A stretch of 55,843 bases of DNA, the filler included, from Sphacelaria rigidula (taxonomy: Eukaryota): the NCBI GenBank assembly GCA_964200075.2. It is 6 parts of 6 records of this genome, joined end to end, with 100 filler letters (N's around TTAATTAATTAA, not from the genome) between each part and the next. Parts side by side here need not be neighbours in the genome. Positions count along the whole stretch, not along the records: positions 27,975 to 37,197 come from CAXNAA020009002.1; positions 37,298 to 46,520 come from CAXNAA020009003.1; positions 46,621 to 55,843 come from CAXNAA020009004.1; 3 more parts are not named here. One strand, 5' to 3'. The notes below the pieces were generated by a model. The model was not told the DNA's origin, did not search any database, and saw nothing but the letters and a program-made list of their open reading frames with translations. Below are positions 33,851-46,742 of the stretch, piece after piece. The stretch's first letter is position 1; each line of letters begins with the position of its first letter. The position numbers and the translations under genes are program-made.

Positions 33851-36800
33851 TGATCATGGAGACGGGATTTGTAAAAAAAACAATAACAGTTTTTGAAAGT
33901 GTCAACTTCACGAGATACACTCTGACGAACGTCACGCTGGAAAAAAACACGCACTTCCGAAACTCTCTACTGTTGTGGTCTGGCGAAAATATCATAGCAC
34001 GATATAGTATATATATATATATATCAGTGTGGCCCGGGCATGTCTACCGTTTGGGATTTAATTCCTGTTCTGCCTTTTGACTTTCGATAGGGTCGGCAAC
34101 TCACCGCTCGTATCGGTGATGGCATATCCGACGCTGTATTATTCAGCTCATGCGTATATGATACTCCGGGTGCCATATACATTCGGTAGTATATGGCCCG
34201 TGCTGCGCGATGTGCGTGGCCGTTAGCGCCGGAAGCCAGCAAAAATGTGATCTCTGCGAAAAATGTCTTCTCTGTTCAAGGATTGAACTTCTGAGTTATG
34301 TGTCATGTACAGCTCTGTGCAGATAGCTCTGCATCCACCGTCTAAATGATGTAGAAATTACAGCCCCATCAACATTTTCAGTGTTCCGAGAGAGCGAACA
34401 CGCCTCAGCATCTACCACTGAAATTTTGCCAGAAACGTGTCACGACTATGATAACGAGTACGTCCTCCCAACGCCTCCCCCGTCTCCCGGAAACCTTCTC
34501 GCTTGCCGCAACGACTGCAACAGGGTATCATCTTCAACGTCACGTACGAGGCTCCACTGATGCCGCGAAGCCATGGAACTCGATTTTCGCACCCGCTCCT
34601 GTTGGGCGATGACACTCTGCACAAGTGAGACGGGTACTGGCTGTACTGTACGGGTGATGCTTGCACGCGGTCGGTATCGTTTCGTAGGTAGTTTGTAGAC
34701 TGTTATTTGTGAAAATCATCAGCATTGAGCATTCGGACGATCACGTCTTTCCCCTGCTGTCGGGGTTGTTGTTATTCCTGTAGGTTGAGTTTCCGATATT
34801 GACCGTTCGGACAATCGGCGCTGTATTCTCTGCCGAGTTGGCCATTTTTGCTATATGGTGAGTCTTTGGCATTGCCCGTTTGGACAATCACGGTCGCTTC
34901 GTTGTCGTACTGACAACTTCGCCCCCCCCTCTGCATCGTGGGGGCTAGCCCAGCTCTGAAGGGATCAATCCGTTCCTTCCCCGGTGCGACCTGTGCTGCA
35001 TTTCACGACCGAGAGTTGGATCGAAGACCTCCGACTGACTCCCCTTTTGGCCGGAGGGTTTTGCCAACTATTTTTTTTCACATTTTTTAACAGCGAGAAG
35101 CACAAAAAATTAACAACTGTTAGAAACCAATCTCTTTATTTCTGAGATGAGGATAAAAAAATTGAACAAAAACGTCCGTACTTCATGAGGAAGATAAAAA
35201 CAATGTCTCGTTCCCCAAGGAACATCCACGTCAAAACTCAGCGCCAACCGCGCGCGGTATATTGCTTCCGGGGTTTCGTGGAGACATCTCCGTTCTTGAT
35301 GGGATCTACTCGACTGCGCGTTCAACCGACGAGAAACAGTTCGACCGGGCTGTTGAGTAGATGGCCGCCTGCCCGTTGATCAGACTCTTAACAAGATGTG
35401 CGGATCACGGCCCAATTCGTCCGCGTCGATGACATATGACTGTGCCAACTTATTGGTTGGCTCAGGTCATAGTCACATCTCGTGAGAAAATACGTGTGAC
35501 GATATGCGTTGTTGCGGCCCAAGCCTTTTGAATGGCGCGACAACTTCAGGCTTCGTATTTCTTCCCCATTGTATTCGAGTGATGAAATATTCCACGGCGA
35601 GCAGTCCGGCGTGTGTTCCGATAACATCTGTCCTGCCCGCCAGCGTTTGATCATGCTCGATATGGCTGGGAGAGCAGTATACGAAGGCAGACGCACGGCT
35701 GCAGTCGTCAAACGCTCATGCACGGATACCTCCAGTACTGTCGAAGTTTTGCGGTCCGTTGGTGCTTGTTGTTCCTCCCCAATGTTGGTGACGTTGTTCA
35801 TCTAGAATGTTGACCGGCTTTGAATTACGACCAATATCGTGGAGTAAGTTACACAAGAAACAGATACATGTCGCCAAGTAAGTGCATGCTTGGAAGACGT
35901 CGACAGCCGAAGTCCGGGCAAAAGAACGTGTACATGAAGATGAAGGCCGAACATAACTCCCATGCCCTGATTCTTAGCCCTCCTTCGGTAGCATGCTTGT
36001 GTTCAGTGGGCTATTGCAATCACGTAACTGGCCTTTAGTGGGCTATTGCAATCACGCCACTAGCCTTTGCACCGTCACTTCAAACGGCATGAGGAGTTGC
36101 TACCTAACTAGGTCAGTCTTCAACACTGTTCGGTACTCGCGGGTCCAACGCTTGCATATCCTTTCTCGGATTCTTCGGGTGTTGTGAAATCACGGGTATA
36201 TCTACCCCGAACGCGTTCAGTCATCATTTCTTCCGAAAGAAAACAAACAAATGTCGGCCGAAGCGCATCTTTATCCATCTCGGCAGATGTTGCACTTCTT
36301 CAGTGGAGAACAAGAAAAGGACAAAAAATCCAGAAGAGGCGAAAAGAGCGAGCGAGGGGTTGAAATTCAAAACAACGCTACTTCGGCCAGACAATCTAAG
36401 CCGGTCAATTACAAGCCTCGCGGCGCCCGTAGCATGGCGACTGATAACACGCGAAACCTCAATGGATTGACCACGGTATCGAAGTATCCACTCAAATGGT
36501 TCATTTTCGGTTTGAAGTGATTTCTTCACATTTTGCGGTTACCATGACTCATGACTGCGAACGTCGAACACAAGAACATGAAGATATATAGAGATATATA
36601 GATATATATCCTAATACTCGAAACGAGCTCCGGGAGGAAATCTCATCTCTGCGGTTAAATTTGAAATGAGTTACGGGCTAATCGGTCGTCAGGGGTTCTA
36701 CGAGCACACAGCCCCGGGTTGTGGCTCTTTGATACATTCTCTCGACCGAGCCAATCCTTATCGCTCAGGTGAATAATCGTTCAGCATCGTTTCTTGCGGC

Positions 36801-36878
36801 TTCTAGCTATTTCTTACACGCTACAGATGAAAACCCGTGCTTTTGGGCTAGAATACGCTTAAACGCTTCAAAAGCCGT

Positions 36879-37180
36879 CGCGCCCCGGTGGGGTAAGTTC
36901 AAATGGTTCACCTGTCTCCATTAGGGTGGAGAGAACGCGGGTTCGATCCCCGATGCCTTGGGGGTTTAGTATCAAGATATCTATTTTCGATCGTCGAAGG
37001 CGTGAGTACGTGAGTGAACGGAACGTAGTGGTTGGCTGGGTTTGTTTGACGAGAAGTGACGCGGTGCGGGAGTGCTGACCCAATCCGCGAGACCAAAATA
37101 CAAGGCGTGTACCGGGCAGGAAGAGACGGATTGATCCCTTGAGATGACGGACTCGTCCCAAGGAGGGGGGGGGGGGTTCT
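36879..37180 (+). mobile_element. tRNA-derived SINE family A joined to the left arm of the TA-flanked MITE
   Basis: Colinear homology with 2163-2445, including B box GGTTCGATCCC and the junction GTACCGGG..GATTGATCCCTTGAGA. Confidence 0.75.
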
Positions 37181-37197
37181 CATGTGTTGCTTGCCTT

Positions 37198-37297
37198 NNN
37201 NNNNNNNNNNNNNNNNNNNNNNNNNNNNNNNNNNNNNNNNNTTAATTAATTAANNNNNNNNNNNNNNNNNNNNNNNNNNNNNNNNNNNNNNNNNNNN
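37198..37297. other. Artificial scaffold spacer
   Basis: N44-TTAATTAATTAA-N44. Confidence 0.97.
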
Positions 37298-37965
37298 CTA
37301 GTAGTACAACCTTAGCTCTCCCCCCCCCCCCCCCCTTCAACCATAAGACCGCTCTACCCGGCAGTTCGAACTCGGACACAGAGAAAGCGTCCTCCTCTTC
37401 TTTGTTACACACGATGTTCTTGTAGTTGTACGTCACCCGATGTCCTGAGAGCGACGTTTGGGCGAATGATCCTACGATTAGGTGGAGGGGGGGGGGGGAA
37501 GGGTAGTTGCTCGAAAGAATGGAATCAATAGTAGTGAATGACTCAGTACGGGTGAAACGGTACCAGGTGGTTCGAAAAGGAACTGTAAATTGATCACAAG
37601 AGAGTTCACGTGGATATTTCTTCGAGCAGTGCTGTCTCAAAGTGGCTCCTTCGTGCAACAATTGACTTAACCCCCTCCCTATCAAAACATCACATGGTGA
37701 AGATAAGACGAGTAAAATGCGATGAAAATGAAGGCCGATGGACAGCGGGGATGCTGTATCCAATGCTGGGTAACAACGCGCAGGGCAAGTACTGCAAGGA
37801 GTGGGAAAGAACATGGGTTCGAAATTTGATGGTGCCGTTCTGCTGGAAGTTATTTCTCTCTTCGAGACTTGTTGCTCACCTCGTTTTCTTTCTTATTTTC
37901 ATTTGTCTCCTATACTTGTTCTCATAAAATAATGTGTGCATATGCATCTTCACTCAATCTAACAG

Positions 37966-38016
37966 GTGTCATCGGCGGTGGAATTGCTAGGGATCCGCAA
38001 GGGCACCTGCTTTGAG
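37966..38016 (+). CDS. TTLL-family tubulin glutamylase (TTLL4/5-like), internal exon VSSAVELLGIRKGTCFE
   Basis: CTAACAG acceptor, 51 nt, GAG|GCAAG donor. It joins the next exon to rebuild the TTL motif CFE-x-FGFD. Confidence 0.85.
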
Positions 38017-38799
38017 GCAAGACACGTTTCGGAGTGACTTTGAATGTGACTCATTGTTCAACATTTTTGAGTACCAGTATACCGTAAAATTCATGTTCAC
38101 AACGCCCGGCGGTCTAAACTAAAGGGGTACTGTACACCAACGGACGGTTGGGGGGGGGAAGGTTGCGAGTGAATGCTGTATTTCTTCACTTTGTTTAGTA
38201 GAGTACATATATTTCGGGGCCAGTCCGTTCTATAAAGTTCTGAGAAGGCAGCATTTCTTATTTACTTGAACGTAGAGTACACTTTTTCGCAGATTATACA
38301 TATCGGCCTCTGCGCTTGCATTTCGCTGGACATTGCGGTGCGTTCCGGTTTCTCTTGGGTTTGGAGTGCATACGCTTTCCGCGCTGTGTTCTGCATGGCG
38401 TTTTGACATTACGATGCGTTCCGCTTGATGACTTTCTTCACTGGACACCTCTGGGGATCCTTTACCCGTCGGAGATGCCACCTCTCGATCGCACACAGAC
38501 CACGTTCACTCGTGGAACCGGCAGCGTTTTTACTAAAACATTGAATCGGCATCATGCTCAGTTTAATCGGAACTGAACGGCAGGGTGCCATTGCTCTCCG
38601 TTCAACTCTCGGGGGCACACCTCGAGCATATTGTGATCTTGCCCGCATGTCGCATAGTCTCAACTGTACTTCCCCTTTACTGTCTCTCGAGTGTTGCTGT
38701 AGCTGCTGCTACCATACTCTACCGTACATGCATTCTTTTTTCATCATGAGGGACTGAAAACAACTGCCTCTGCTTTTTCCATATTTGAGTCGGCAGGCG

Positions 38800-38885
38800 G
38801 TCACCCCGGTGGCTCAGTTGGTAACCTCGAAACCTTCTGACGGTCGGGAAGTGGGTTCGGCTCTCAGTGCATTCACACGATCTGG
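38800..38885 (+). mobile_element. tRNA-derived SINE family B head
   Basis: GTCACCCCGGTGGCTCAGTTGGTAACCTC ... GTGGGTTCGG. Confidence 0.7.
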
Positions 38886-40520
38886 GATTTACGGTAGGGA
38901 GCGAGTGTGTCGCGGGTAGACGTAATTCGACAACCTGTGTGTTTTTGGTTTGCGGGGGCAATGAGATCCCAGCGTCCGATCAAGCTGTGTACCGTACATG
39001 CGATTTTGTTTTATCATGATGCGCCAAAAACGACGGCTTCTATTTGTTCAGATTTGAGTCGACATCCAGTCGCACTGTGTTCTGTGTTGCGTTGGGGCTG
39101 TCTTCTGCATGGCGTTGAGGCTCGCGTTGTGATGCATTTCCTGTCTCCACGCGGAGGGCTGTTAGGCCGTCAGGGGTATTACCGCCATGAACATCGAATC
39201 GGCGTCATACTTGATTGACACCTGACACGAGATCGATCATGCAATCACCCTCCATCGAAACAGTACTCCTGTTGACGCAGGGCTTGAACACCTCGAGCGT
39301 GTTTTGATGTGTGAGCCGATGGTCGTGCTATCTCGACACAGCTATCGGGGCACGGTTCCAACTGTCTTTTTGTTTCGCTCCAGTATTTGAACCGGCATCG
39401 GGCTTCGATATGGCCGAACGCATTTTTTTTCTGCTGAAATTATAATCGAATTGGCATCATTTTTCGGATCGTTTCTCATTGGATTCTGAACAGATTTGCG
39501 CGATATGGTAACTCTTTGACCGCGACCATGGATAGTCTGTGGAACCAGCATGAGTTTCACCTTAAAAAAATCACTGCATGACCAGATGACCTACCCTCGC
39601 GGTCTAGCTCTAAGGGGTGAACAACGTGCACAGATGATAAGCAGCTACGGCGTTTCTAAAGAGTACGACCTGTGCCACTGTAACACGCAACGCATGCAAA
39701 TATCACCGGTTCGCGCGCAAATCATCTTATCTCATTGAATTCCGAATAGGTTCATGAAAGGTCACGCACAGCTCAGGTCATGGGCAGCTACGGCTCGAGT
39801 TGTGTCTTTTGTTTTCGCGAGGGCAATGAATTCCAGAGCTTCACCTTTGATGGTGTTTTTGTTACATATCAAGTGGCAACCCTTTGCATGTGTCCCTGTG
39901 AACGGGACACCTATGTTCCTCTTCGGACTTCAAACGAGGCAAAAACTGTTCATATTTGGAATCGGCATCATCTTGACAATTAAATCATCATGCACAACAT
40001 GCTCAGCTGGTGAGCAGCTACGGCTTCTTCTCCAAACTATGACCTTTGCCATTACGTAACGCACACAGCTGTCACCGGTGCTCTTGTATCTTGGCTGTCG
40101 ATCCACTGATCGTGGCGGCGGAGTCGCCGAAAGTCTTGAATATATATACATTGTCATACTTGTAACTGCCTTATTTCCTCGGAGCGAATTTATATCCTCC
40201 TGGGATCGACTCACTTCCCTCTCGGTACCTATCTGACACTTTGCTATCACAAATTCGACCCACGCTCCCGCACCGCGTCCACTCCCGCCGAGGTGTATTT
40301 TCTACTCGCACCCATATGTTTTTCAGCGACGAAGACTAGATCCTGCTCGAAAAGTATCGTATTTATCGGGGTTCGAACCGGCAGCCTTTCTTCCGCCGCA
40401 ACTGGCTGCTGGTGTTCCATTTTGATCGAGATCACCGGGGCGCAGTGGCTACCCTGGATGTATGCGTGTATGAATGCTTGTCCCTCATGTTGTGTATATC
40501 CGTGTAACTCATTCTCCCAG

Positions 40521-40634
40521 ATGTTTGGATTCGATGTGCTGGTTGATAGCGAGCTGAAGCCCCACCTCATGGAAGTCAACTTCGCCCCGTCTCTCAACAC
40601 TGACAGTGCTCTAGATCTCAAGGTCAAATCCAAG
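40521..40634 (+). CDS. TTLL-family tubulin glutamylase, catalytic-core exon
   Basis: MFGFDVLVDSELKPHLMEVNFAPSLNTDSALDLKVKSK carries the TTL-domain GFD..D..LKP.L.EVN..PSL...LD..K signature. CCCAG acceptor, AAG|GTACGA donor, 114 nt. Confidence 0.95.
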
Positions 40635-41637
40635 GTACGAGTGAGGGAGGAGGATGGGGTGTACTCATTTGTTGCTTGCCTGCATCATAATATGATCATT
40701 GGCTACTCATCCCTTTCGAGACGGAGGAGAGGGAGAGGGAGTATTATCTTCGCGACTTTTGTTCACGACGGGTGGCGTGAATTATATTTTGATAATGTCT
40801 AACAAACATACGTTTCACGTCCCTATACAGGGCGTTTCTTCTCTTAGATTCTCAACGATTTCGTACTCCCACTTTAGACGCTTCGTACTTCGGCTTTCGG
40901 TGACGATGACCACGTTTCAACTTCTCACACTTTGTTCTATGAACTCTAAAGCCTTGCTTGAAAACCACTTTGATATCCTCTTAACCTCGATACCAACTAA
41001 ATCTCTAGCAACCGCAGCCTGCCAACAACCAAGATTCCTATTCGGGGGTGGTCGTCAGCGGATAAAGCCGACAATTAAGAACGACAACACAGTGGGCTCA
41101 CTATACACAAACGCAACTTATTTTCCAGGAAACCCTGAACCTAATGACTAGGGTATTATACTTGTCGTAAGGGCACTATAAGTCTTCATACTCGCTATTT
41201 CCTGGGTTAAAGTGGTCGTGGTTCTAGGTTGAGGTGATGTAACTGAGCGGACGAGGGCGCGTAGGAGGGGGGTGGGGGGGGGGGGTTCTGGACTGTGGGA
41301 AGCTCTCTCATATCGCAAATCGTGAATAACGTACGAATGACTTCGAACCGTACGAATGCGAATATCTGAACCAAAGCTGAAGCGGATCGGATGGCCCTTG
41401 TACATCGAATTTTACGGCACATACCTCGACTCTTCCATGATAATATATTTGAAGTTTCTTGCAGTATTCGGGGTACACTAGTAGACTTTTACCTTCAAAT
41501 GAAAGGCTGTGGGAAGTCGAGACCGAACCACCTGCGTTTACGGCTAAGAACTCTTCCAAGCTCGGCACCGACTTGTCACGAATCCACTGCTCCCCCCCCC
41601 CCTCCCCGCCAAACCTCCCCCTCCTCCGTTCTCCAAG

Positions 41638-42000
41638 GTCGTCGCTGATCTTTTAACGTTAGCTGGCATTAGAGACGATCCAGGGCGGTTGCCGGCGGAT
41701 ATTGCCCTTCGGCAAGAAGAGACTGCCGTGGCAACGCACCGACAAAACGGCGGCAATAACTCCGCTGGCGGCAGGAATAGAAATAGTGTTAGCAGTAGCG
41801 GTAGTAGTGACAATTGTAGCAGCGGCACGCACGCGTCTCAACCGTTATCACCATCATCACCGCCATCATCGCCATCACCATGTGCGTTTCGGTGGGTGGG
41901 GGAAGCGTGCGTCGGCCGCACTGAGAGTGGCGAGGTGTTGTCGGTAAAAGAGGCAATATTGAGCGGTCCGCCTACGGGAGCAAGAGACGAATGCAGGCGA
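41638..42000 (+). CDS. TTLL-family tubulin glutamylase, following exon (end of TTL domain plus S/P-rich linker)
   Basis: Polypyrimidine tract and CAAG acceptor; VVADLLTLAGI continues the TTL domain and the frame is open to RDECRR. The donor is either CGA|GTGAGA (42000) or AG|GCGAGT (41996). Confidence 0.8.
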
Positions 42001-45000
42001 GTGAGATCCTACTTATCTAGCCTTGAAAGGAACCGATGAGCCATGCTACAATGGTAGGCTGTACTCAAGATCTTGCACGCCGTAGTCACGTGACGGTTGG
42101 CCTCGCATCCCTACAAAGCCGGGACGGAGCACGCCGAGCGTTCGCCGGACTAGGCTTGCACTCAAACCACCGAGCGCGAAGCGCCGTGATGTGAGCTGGC
42201 GAGTCGCATGAAGAATGAGCTGCATCCTGTTAAGACTGTTCGGCTCGAAGCGTACTAATTGTCTCGCATTCGGATGACAGCCTCAAATGAATCGCTCCAT
42301 TTTCTGGTATCGCCACTGCCAGAGACGGCTACGGGTTCCACATCGCCTCACGGGTGTCTCACCATTCCAGGGATCATGCTACATTGGGCGTACTCATTGG
42401 GGGGGGGGGTTATTTTGGGCCATTTCTTCCACGAAATTCCACTTCAAATCGTCGTTGAAAGCAGCAACGGTTGTTCGAAAGCGCGTGTGACCGATAACTT
42501 ACGCTCAATTTTACTGACTGACACCGTTTTAACCCAGTACAGGCGCACCGTGTGTGTATTCGTCGGACACACCTGTGGGTCGTTCTATTCGTGAAAGCAA
42601 CCTCCCCCACCCCCCCCTATCGTAGCCGTCTCGGAAGGGATGTGTGGTCAATTGTCAAACGACCAAGGCAGGCAACATATTATGAGTACGCCCACTCCCC
42701 ACCCCCACCCCTATTGTAGCACTGCTCCGATGACGCAAACTCGTATCGTATGCTTCCTTTTCAGTGGGACATGTATATACATATACGTTTAGAGAGAGAT
42801 CCCTAAGGATGGTGAAACTCGGAAGTTAAGGTGCGACACTGCAAAATCTAGATATTAATATTTTGCGGTATAATTATTACACCCCCAGATGTTTGTTATT
42901 GAGGAATATGTAACAAGTTATACCATTCGAATACCGTCTGAGACGATGAAACAGAATTGCCAAGTACGGAATGTATTGTCTATATTCGGTACTACAGAGG
43001 ATACGAGTCACCTGTATTAATACGATGGAAAGGTGGATCTTGTATATGTCCTTGACGAAATCACGCCGTCACGTTGAGTATATAGTGATAATTGGATTAT
43101 GACTTGGGATCTGTAGTGATGACATGGATGATGACATGGATGATGACATGGACACAGGGGTGATACCCTGATGTGGTTTATGGAGCAGCCTGGGTGGCAC
43201 TCCAGGATAATAAAAGGTGTTGTGAAGGCTAACAACTGAAATCTGAGGCCAGTGGAACTGGGGAGTCCCTCTACAGCACTAGATACTGCGGTACTAGCAA
43301 CCTGCTGACGTCACAAACCTCAGGTGAAAGCATGCTCAAAGAACATTTGACTCCGACACAGAGTTATGGGTGCGCCTGACCCCCCAAAATGGGCAAAAAA
43401 AGTGTCACCGACCAATATCATGAACAGACACGAACAGACCGACTTCTGGGGCTTTTTTAGGCTCGTGGAGTAAAATGCGTCTCATGTCATCGGAAGAGAA
43501 CGGCATGGATCCAAAATTCATTTTTAAAAAAGTGGACTGCCGTCTAAAATCAGAACCGTACCGTTATTTCCGTTGTTCGTCATATATTACATGCCACTGC
43601 GTCGCCTTTCGTCCGCGGTTGCGATACCCTGGCACGCAAGGAGGCTGATTGGGTTGAACCAATCTAATGCACACCGAGAACACTCGGGCAAGGGTGGTCC
43701 ATACATTCCCTGAAGAAAGTGAGGCCTTGGTAGACCCCAAATCGGCTTCTGTGGCGCAGATTTCAACGAAAACGCGTTTTGCGCACCCGAGGACTACACG
43801 GGACCGTCAGCCCTACTAAAATTCCGATTCTCGTTGTACGCACTCAAATCAAGTAATATCAACCATGAACATTTGTAGCCCAACGCCGGTGAGTGAAACT
43901 AGGAAGCTGAACCATTTTCGGACGGATTAAAGTTGGGTCAACATGATGTGCTGAATATGCGACAAAGTCATATGTACTAATGAACTTCAACGAGGACGGC
44001 CCTTACACAGACGAGAGTACAAGTAGTCACCGGGTGTGTAATGTGGGCTGGGCGGGTGTTGGTCCACCACCTCGTCATGGTTTGAGGAGCTTGATTTATC
44101 GGCTGCCATGATTCCACAACTTTTGTCGGATGAACGACTCGCCTTGTGCAAGGATATTTGTTGTTCCGTGGTCATGGCTTTTCATGTGATGAATATTATA
44201 TTAATCAGCTCTTTGACCGCGACGGTTTGGTCACATGCTGAATCGGCATCATTTTTCACTTGAAAAAAGTATTCATGGTCCAGATGGACTACCCTCGCGG
44301 TGTAGGGGTTCATCGGACTCCAAAGATGTTGTTTTACAAGAGGGAATGAAACAAACGGTCGTCCGTCACCCACCATTGCCGATACAACAGATGCGTGTAT
44401 TAGGATGGGTGGGTCCACTGAAATACATGATTGGGGCTTCGGTACCATGTGGCTTCAGCGAAAGTAGGCCGCTGACTTTGTGTCGTCTTGGCGCCGTATA
44501 CCTTCCCAATCGGGAGCATGAGTCGGTCAATGTTGATCCTGGTGTGAAAACCGAAATCCGGATCTTTCATGGGGGCTGTGCTCCTAGCATTCTCCTAGCG
44601 TCCCAGAACGCGTTCTTATCTCATTCGGCGCCTGGGGCGCCGATTCGAGGTCTGGCAACGCACCCTTCGCCTACGAAACGCGTTGCACCCGCCTTGCCCG
44701 ATGGTTCTCGGTATGCTTTAGTTAGGGCTCGTGTTATAATTTGTTCTCTCCGTTGCTGCGAGGTCGCGAAGATGATTCTTGCTTCTGGGGGCTCGGTCGA
44801 AGGTTCAAATTCTACAACATTCCACCTATCCGATGTATCAACCATCGGCACTATCAAGAGTCATTCATGGGTGTCATCTATTCCGAAGCCGTTACACAGG
44901 TGTTCGTGTTTTGTGGAGACCGGCGAGGGTTGGAAGTGCTTCTTTGCGATCGCAGCCCAATCTGCTTCAGAGAATACTCATCGCCACGGCAATCGATTGG

Positions 45001-45035
45001 GATGCGACTTTTTGCATCATCTGCGCCAAGACGAC

Positions 45036-45177
45036 AGCTACAATTGTACTGGTTGAATGTTTTTATTTAATCAGGATGCGAGTTCTATGACGAATTGAGT
45101 AAAAAAAGCATATTGTTTTTACAATTTTCTCGATCACCGTAACGTCTTAGGTGAAACCAACCAGTACAATTGTAGCT
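45036..45177. mobile_element. Small MITE-like element with perfect 20-bp inverted ends
   Basis: AGCTACAATTGTACTGGTTG ... CAACCAGTACAATTGTAGCT. Confidence 0.7.
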
Positions 45178-46520
45178 TCGACGAATACACGCCGGTGAGT
45201 AGCCGAGCCACGCCGTGGTTCGTCCTCCGGAACAAGAAAACTTACAAAGCGTGGAATGGAAACCCTACTCAAATCACAAGTACTTTAAGGGATTCTGCGG
45301 CGTGCATAGTCAGAGGATGAACGACATCTCCGGTCTGATAGTGCTTTTGATCGGTGACACTTTTTTGGCTTATTTCGGGGGGTCAAGTGCGCCTATAACA
45401 GTATTCTAACTCACACCGATAAATATATAGAGAGGGAGAAAAAAGGGTGGGGAAGATAGATGTGGAGTAGATAGATAGATGGTAACACATTACCCGATCC
45501 CCTAAGAGTACAGCCGCTGTCACAAGACGTCCTCACGGTGTAAAAAAGCGGGTACACTCGCTAAAAGAAGCTCGAGAGGGGGCGGGGGGATGAGGACATA
45601 CATATATACTCCGACGAATAGAGAGAGCAGGGCAAACAGCAGGAAGGGCAGCAAAACAAGAACTAAAACAAAAAAGATAAATGAAGAGAGCACAAAGAAA
45701 ATAGAGGAAGATAATAAAATATTTCAGAGGTAGATCTAGTGACGACCCTGCTAATACATACAAAGTATATACAGAGATATATATATATAAATGTATGTAA
45801 GAACATTTTCAGCACGGTGTCTGAGGTATCCACCGAATTCTCTATATACTGATTGTTCCAGAGTACTTGGGGTATCGACCGCGAAAAATGCTGAACATTC
45901 CAAGGCGTGTACCTGAAGTATGAAAACCTGTTGACGAGATTATGTCGATGGTGATGGTCGAAGCGGTGTTGATTTGGAGAGGAAACGCCAAAACATGCGG
46001 GAAAGTCCCCTCTTGTTTTCTGGAGCTATGCTTTCCCCTCGGCGCATGCTCGGCGTGAAAATCACATCAGTTCGACAGTTTTAGGAACCCGAGTTTTTTC
46101 TTAACATGGCGCCTGAAAACCTCGTTAATGTGGGAAAGATGAAAACAGGTTTCCAACCCTGTCTAGAATAAAAAGGATGTCCACGCATTTTTAGAAAGCT
46201 GTCTTTGTTAAGGAGACGTTCAAGATACTGCACGAAACATTACGCTGATAGGTAAAACAATGGGCTTCCGAAGCTTTTCAGCATGACGTTATCTATAAGA
46301 AATACAAAGATCATTTCAATACGGAACAAAACATGGAACGAAAGACCGCTGTGTACATTTATATGAGAAATTATCCATTAAAACGTTTCAGCCAACCGGA
46401 AAAGCTGTAGGAATCAGGAGGCTGGGGGGGGGGGGGGGGGGGGATTTTTTTTTTTCCTATGATGGGGAACTTAATGAAAAAGAGGGAACAACAAAAAATC
46501 ACAATTTTCTTCCGCTCTCA

Positions 46521-46620
46521 NNNNNNNNNNNNNNNNNNNNNNNNNNNNNNNNNNNNNNNNNNNNTTAATTAATTAANNNNNNNNNNNNNNNNNNNNNNNN
46601 NNNNNNNNNNNNNNNNNNNN
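46521..46620. other. Artificial scaffold spacer
   Basis: N44-TTAATTAATTAA-N44. Confidence 0.97.
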
Positions 46621-46742
46621 CGAAGCCTACTGATTATCTTGCATTTGGATTACAGCCAACGATGAGTTCCTTTATTCTGCGGTATCGGGAAGGGGGAAGG
46701 AGAAGCTACGTGTCCAGAATTCCCCCCCCCCGCAAACCCTTG

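Noticed and set aside
13476..42000. IFT81 plus TTLL as a divergent ciliary gene cluster
   Set aside because: They lie on different scaffolds separated by three artificial spacers.
44235..45056. 273-aa ORF
   Set aside because: No recognisable motif or exon boundaries, and it begins within a repeat shared with ~39510-39610.
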